Below are positions 60,537-64,000 of a DNA stretch of 64,000 nucleotides, in pieces. The stretch is taken from assembly GCF_018977255.1 (NCBI RefSeq), contig NW_024704743.1, positions 109,618,001 through 109,682,000 of the forward strand, read 5' to 3'. The notes under the pieces were generated by a model. It had not been told where the DNA came from. It did not search any database and worked only from the letters and a program-made list of their open reading frames with translations. How positions within the stretch are numbered: the stretch's first letter is position 1; every line of letters starts with the position of its first letter. Both the position numbers and the translations under genes were made by a program. The stretch is from Callorhinchus milii. Its lineage: Eukaryota.

Positions 60537-62915
60537 AACAACAGCAACAAAATTACAGTTGTATAGCGCCTTTCACATCGGGAGGACATCCCAAAACACT
60601 GGACAGACAGAGTTTCAGACCTGAGCTGGGGGTTGGGGTCAGGGAGGGTGGAGGGCGGGGGGGAAGCAGGGAGATTGAAAGTACGGTCAAAGCGAAGGGT
60701 CTTGAGATGAGTCTTGAAGGAGGCAAGGGAGGGGGTGAAGTGGAAAGACTGTGGGATGAAGTTCCAGAGGGTGGGGGCAGAGTGGCAGAAGGCCCGACCA
60801 CCAATAGTGCGGTAGCGAGGCGAGGGACTTGAAGCAGGCCAGAGCCCACTGAGCGGAGGGAGCGAGCAGAATGGTAGGGGGTTAGGAGGTTGCAAAGGTA
60901 GGAGGGAGCAAGACCATGGAGGGCTTTGAAGGTGAGGACCAGGATCTTGAACTGTATCCTCTGTGTGATGGGAAGCCGTGGAGTCGGGTGTGGATGGGGG
61001 TGACAGGGTCACAGAGCCTGGTGCGGGAGAGGACAGGGGCTGCAGAATTCTGGATATCTGCAGCCTATGGAGGGAGGAGTTAGGGAGGCCGAGAAGCAGT
61101 GAGTTTGCATAGTCGAGCCTCGATGTAATGAAGGTGTGTATGAGGGTTTTGGCGGCCTGCGGTGTGAGACAGTGTCGGAGCCGGGCGATGTTCCGGAGGT
61201 GGGGGAAGACAGAGCGGGTCATGGTGCAGATGTGGGGTAGAAAGGATAGTTGAGGATCAAACAAGACTCCAAGGTTCTGGACTGGCTTAGTAAGGTGGCG
61301 TGTGCAACCATGGATGGTGATGCTGTCAGCGCCTGAGGTGAGGAGGCGCTGTCGGGAGCCAATCAGGAGAGCCTCATTCTTGTTGACATTCAACTGAAGA
61401 AAGTTAGCTCTCATCCAGGACTTGATGTCTGACAGACATTCTGTCAGCACCGAATGGAGTGCTGGATCCCTCCAAAAAAACAAAACAATAATAAATTGGT
61501 CATTTTTAATCCACGACTGTTTGTGGGTCATTGCTGTGCGCAATTGGCTGCCGCGTTCGCCCACAAACATACAGTCAATTCACTTTACAGTATATTCTGT
61601 GAAGCGCTTCGGGACGTCTAGAAGACGTGAAAAGTGCTGAATCAAATGCAAGGATTATTATTATTATTATAAGGGTGGAGACAGAGCGGTAGAGTTGGGT
61701 GTCATCTGCATACATGTGGAAATTGATCCCATGTCTGTGGATAATATCACCAAGAGGGAGCATGTAGATATTGAAGAGGAGAGGATCAAGGACAGAGCCT
61801 TGAGGAACACCACACAAGATGGTGAGGGGGCTAGAGGAGAAACCATTTGTGGAGATGAAGTAGAGGCGGTGTGAGAGGTATGCTCTGAACCAGTCAAGGG
61901 CAGAGCCATGAAGGTTGAGGTGAGAGGAGAGCTGGTGGATGAGGACAGAGTGGTCAATGGTGTCGAAGGTGGCAGAGAGGTCAAGGAGGCAGAGGGAGCC
62001 CTGGTTGCAGATGGATAGAATGTCATCTGTCACTTTGACCTGGGCTGTTTCTGTGCTGGGGGTGGCACAGAAACCCGTGAAGGGAGTGGCGGGAGAGGAA
62101 TGGCGAAGCTGAGAAGCAACAACTTGTTCCAGGACCTTGGAGAGGAAAGGGAGGTTGGAGATGGGGCAATAATTTGAGAATAACGATGGGTCCAGGAGGG
62201 TTTTTAAGGATAGGACTGATAATGACTATTCTTAATGGGGTGGGAACAGTACCGTTAACAGGGAGAGCTTTATGATGTCTGTGAGCAGAGGGGAAGGAGG
62301 TGGAGCTGGGAGGTAAGGAGAGGGGTAGGGATGGGGTGAAGGGAACAGATGGTCGGTTTCATGCAGGTTTTAATGGTGTGAGAGAGAAGTGGGAGACAGG
62401 TTCGAAAGTATGGAGGGAGCGATGGGTAGGGGCCGGGGTGGGAGGGGGAGATGGGGAGGGTGTAGCAGACAGAATGGAAGAGGAAGCTGAAAGGATCCCC
62501 TCAGCTTTGGATTCAAGTAAGTCCAGCATCACCTCGCAGTTGGCATTTGAGGTGAGGATGGGCGAGGTGTGAGAGGGTGGAAGGAGGAGTTGGTTATGGA
62601 GAAGAGGAGCCTGGGTTCTCCTTGGCCTCCAAGATTGTCCAGGAGTAGAACGACAATTTAGCAGAGGCAAGTGTGGAGCGATAAGATTTGATAAGGTCCG
62701 GCCAGATCTGCCGACCGTTAAGTTTGATTTAAACCAGGTGCATTCAGCGGCATGCACCTGTGCTTTAAGGGAGTGGAGGTGGCTGGTGTACCATGGTGAC
62801 TTATGTGAATAGGAGACATTTTGGAAAGAGAGGGGAGCAAAGGAATCAAGAGTGGAGCAGAGGGAGCTGTGGAGAAGAGTGACTGAGGAAGATAGGTCAT
62901 TGCGGGAGGAAGCCC
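60537..62915 (-). mobile_element. L2 LINE, 5'-truncated, decayed ORF2
   Basis: [32 protein letters not shown] and SRLDYANSLL motifs, plus a 3' terminus. Confidence 0.95.
61466..61670 (+). mobile_element. tRNA-SINE 3' half inserted antisense in L2
   Basis: ATCCCTCCAAAA..AAGGA(TTA)n. Removing it restores L2 VSTL|DPALHSVL. Confidence 0.9.
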
Positions 62916-63460
62916 ATAACAAATCCTAGCTACATGAATGAGGGGCTTCTTCTGGTAATGTTATGCTGACCCTCAGGAATACCATCTGATGTGACCCAGA
63001 GAGGTTGCTCAAGAATTATATTAATAAATTTTATGTTTGATGTAGCACCTATAACATTGAAATGACACAAAGCATGACACAGGGAGTCTCCGTAAAGTGT
63101 GGTGATTGTATTTGCAGGTGGCCAGTTTGCACACAGCAATATCACACCTTGTAGCAGTTCTACAATATGGGAGTCTGGGGATAATTTTTGTTACTGTAAA
63201 GTGTAATGATTTGTTTAATACCGAATCCTGTTTAGAAGTATGGCAAATTAGACTCCACTCCCCTCCAAAACCAAACAGGTAAACAACACAGCTGTTCAGC
63301 ACAGAAGGAGGCCATTCAGCCCATTTTATCTGTTCCACAATACTGACCTTTATCATTGACCGTAATTTCAACGTGTCATTTCACACACCGGTTTATTTTT
63401 AACAATGTTACATAAAGAAAAAGCATTGGGAGAAAGACTGAAGTGACAGGTGGGTTTTAT

Positions 63461-63828
63461 AATAATAATAATAATAATCCTTGCATTTGATATAGCACCT
63501 TATCATGTCTTCAGGATGTCTAAAGTGCTTCACAGAATTTATTGTAAAGTGATTTGACTGTATATTTTGTGGGTGAAACATAGCAGCCAATGGCAGTGCG
63601 CAGCAGTGTCCCACAAACAGTCGTGGATTGAACGGATCAATTTTTTTTAAGGAATTATTACCCCTGGAAAAGCGATCCGCCAATTAACTGACAACCGGGT
63701 TCCTATTTACTGTTAGGTAAACAGAGGCGTGTTTAGTAAGGAAACTTGCCTAATATTTCGGCCTGTTGGGAATTGAACCCAGGGCTCTCGCTTGCAAGGC
63801 AAGTGCTTTAACTGCTGAGCTATAGACT
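63461..63828 (-). mobile_element. tRNA-SINE (long form)
   Basis: (TAA)n tail through the reverse head CTGAGCTATAGACT. Confidence 0.9.
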
Positions 63829-64000
63829 GAGCTATATTTGTTATGGACAATTATCATGTGGTGGATTGAATCAGTCTGGCGCCCAGTTTGCGAACTGCCA
63901 GGAGCATTGATGTAACAGACAGACAGGGAGCAGGGAATAGTTCGTTAAAAAAAATGACAATTTAATTATTCATACGATGGGCAGAAGTCTCGCAACGCAA

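Noticed and set aside
60521..61570. 349-aa ORF as a novel gene
   Set aside because: It is a chimera of antisense SINE and frameshifted L2 ORF2.

Overview
This is eukaryotic, AT-rich, repeat-dense genomic DNA that looks intergenic or deep-intronic. I recognise no host protein-coding gene. The repeat content points by inference to a cartilaginous fish, probably a chimaera (holocephalan). It comprises many decayed CR1 LINEs (one keeping its zinc-finger/SGNH-esterase ORF1), two L2 LINE subfamilies, a young tRNA-Ala-like SINE with an L2-type 3' end and (TTA)n tail, and an older DeuSINE/SacSINE1-like SINE. All recognisable ORFs are LINE fragments. The most notable items are: a TSD-flanked Penelope-type palindrome whose loop holds a hammerhead-ribozyme remnant (53.4-53.6 kb); ~60-nt stem-loop-only L2 micro-insertions with TSDs; an unclassified hairpin repeat in three copies, one split by a 140-bp hAT MITE; a ~43-bp degenerate tandem array of PBX-PREP/MEIS decamers; an internally deleted CR1 keeping both ends between TSDs; recurrent fold-back SINE junctions; and a degenerate telomere-like tract. 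Repeat boundaries were read by eye and are approximate (about 10-30 bp) unless a TSD is given. Family names come from recall, not database searches.
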